IMG/VR virus record: IMGVR_UViG_3300025084_000169
Location: 1-27,413 of that record
Strand: one strand, 5' to 3'
Source: a virus
Taxonomy: Duplodnaviria > Caudoviricetes
Length of the DNA stretch: 27,413 nucleotides
The translations under genes were made by a program, and so were the position numbers. This document shows positions 26,613 through 27,413 of this stretch, in pieces. The notes below the pieces were generated by a model, which saw only the letters and a list, made by a program, of their open reading frames with translations, had not been told where the DNA came from and ran no database searches. The number at the start of each line of letters is the position of its first letter. Positions within the stretch are counted from its first letter, which is position 1.

Positions 26613-27413
26613 ATGTCTGAAGTATATTTGGGTAACCCAAATCTTAAAAAAGCAAATACTGCAATTGAATTCACAGAAGATAATATCATTGAATTCATGA
26701 AGTGCAAAGAAGATCCGGTATATTTTGCTAAAAATTATATTAAAATTGTTTCCCTGGATCACGGATTGGTTCCATTCAATCTTTATCCATTTCAAGAAAA
26801 ATTAATTCAAAACTTTCACGATAAAAGATTTAATATATGCAAAATGCCACGCCAGACTGGCAAATCTACAACATGCGTATCATATCTTTTACATTATGCA
26901 GTTTTTAACGATAACGTAAATATTGCTATATTAGCAAACAAAGCATCTACTGCAAGAGATTTATTGGGAAGATTGCAACTTGCATATGAAAATCTACCTA
27001 AGTGGATGCAACAAGGTATTATATCCTGGAATAAAGGATCTCTTGAACTTGAAAACGGATCTAAAATTTCATCCAACTCTACTTCTTCCTCTGCTGTTCG
27101 TGGCGGATCATATAATGTAATATTTCTCGACGAATTTGCATTCATTCCAAATCACATTGCCGACGATTTCTTTGCTTCTGTTTATCCCACAATTTCTTCT
27201 GGACAAAGTACAAAGGTAATTATTGTTTCTACTCCAAGGGGTATGAATCATTTTTATCGCATGTGGCATGATGCTGAGAATGGCAAAAATGAATATACTC
27301 CTACAGATGTTCATTGGTCTGAAGTTCCTGGTAGAGATGTTGTATGGAAAGAGCAAACAATTGCCAATACTTCAGAAGCACAATTCAAAGTTGAGTTTGA
27401 ATGCGAATTCTTG
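26613..27413 (+). CDS. gp17: Terminase large subunit gp17 (N-terminal ATPase domain; 3'-truncated; absent from the ORF track)
   Basis: ATG at 26613, open to the window end (267 codons): MSEVYLGNPNLKKAN...KCKEDPVYFAKNYIKIVSLDHGLVPF.LYPFQ (adenine-binding Q motif), Walker A MPRQTGKST, Walker B VIFLDEFAF, coupling motif IIVSTPRG, ...QFKVEFECEFL. Confidence 0.97.
   Translation, partial: MSEVYLGNPNLKKANTAIEFTEDNIIEFMKCKEDPVYFAKNYIKIVSLDHGLVPFNLYPFQEKLIQNFHDKRFNICKMPRQTGKSTTCVSYLLHYAVFNDNVNIAILANKASTARDLLGRLQLAYENLPKWMQQGIISWNKGSLELENGSKISSNSTSSSAVRGGSYNVIFLDEFAFIPNHIADDFFASVYPTISSGQSTKVIIVSTPRGMNHFYRMWHDAENGKNEYTPTDVHWSEVPGRDVVWKEQTIANTSEAQFKVEFECEFL

Noticed and set aside
210-27356. The many minus-strand ORFs (60-153 aa) and short alternative-frame plus-strand ORFs in the track (e.g. 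3918-4379, 13506-13898, 21859-22149, 25151-25348)
   Set aside because: All lie within long, clearly homologous + strand genes, show no recognisable motifs, and are the expected antisense or off-frame shadows of biased codon usage.
26613-27413. Intein, intron or homing endonuclease in gp17
   Set aside because: The visible 267 codons are collinear with the ATPase motifs (Q motif, Walker A, Walker B, coupling motif) with no insertion.
1-27413. CRISPR arrays, tRNA/rRNA genes, transposases/integrases, diversity-generating retroelement repeats
   Set aside because: The window is almost fully protein-coding, with gaps of 62 nt or less. I saw no regularly spaced DNA repeats, cloverleafs, RT/transposase motifs or long adenine-variable repeat pairs.

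Overview
AT-rich, single-strand (+) late/structural gene cluster of a T4-like cyanomyovirus (Kyanoviridae-type). Gene order: giant baseplate wedge gp7 (5'-truncated, apparent frameshift at the window edge), gp8, a 2518-aa DUF4815/VrlC-like virion protein, three small ORFs, neck gp13 and gp14, tail terminator gp15, small terminase gp16, a 643-aa basic mosaic protein, then large terminase gp17 (runs off the end and is absent from the ORF track). Three things stand out. (1) The 643-aa gene between gp16 and gp17 reads as a string of about 10 small Lys/Cys-rich modules joined at (I/L/V)-x-E sites like those cut by T4 prohead protease gp21, so it is a candidate capsid-packaged polyprotein. (2) A 54-aa ORF missed by the ORF track (19696-19860) has an NblA-like phycobilisome-degradation pattern and sits inside the structural operon. 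(3) gp14 is expanded to 752 aa by six tandem repeats with a LamG/ConA-like domain inserted among them. Several T4 late-promoter boxes (NATAAATA) lie just upstream of gene starts, some embedded in the 3' ends of upstream genes. All family assignments come from motif recognition and synteny; no database search was run.
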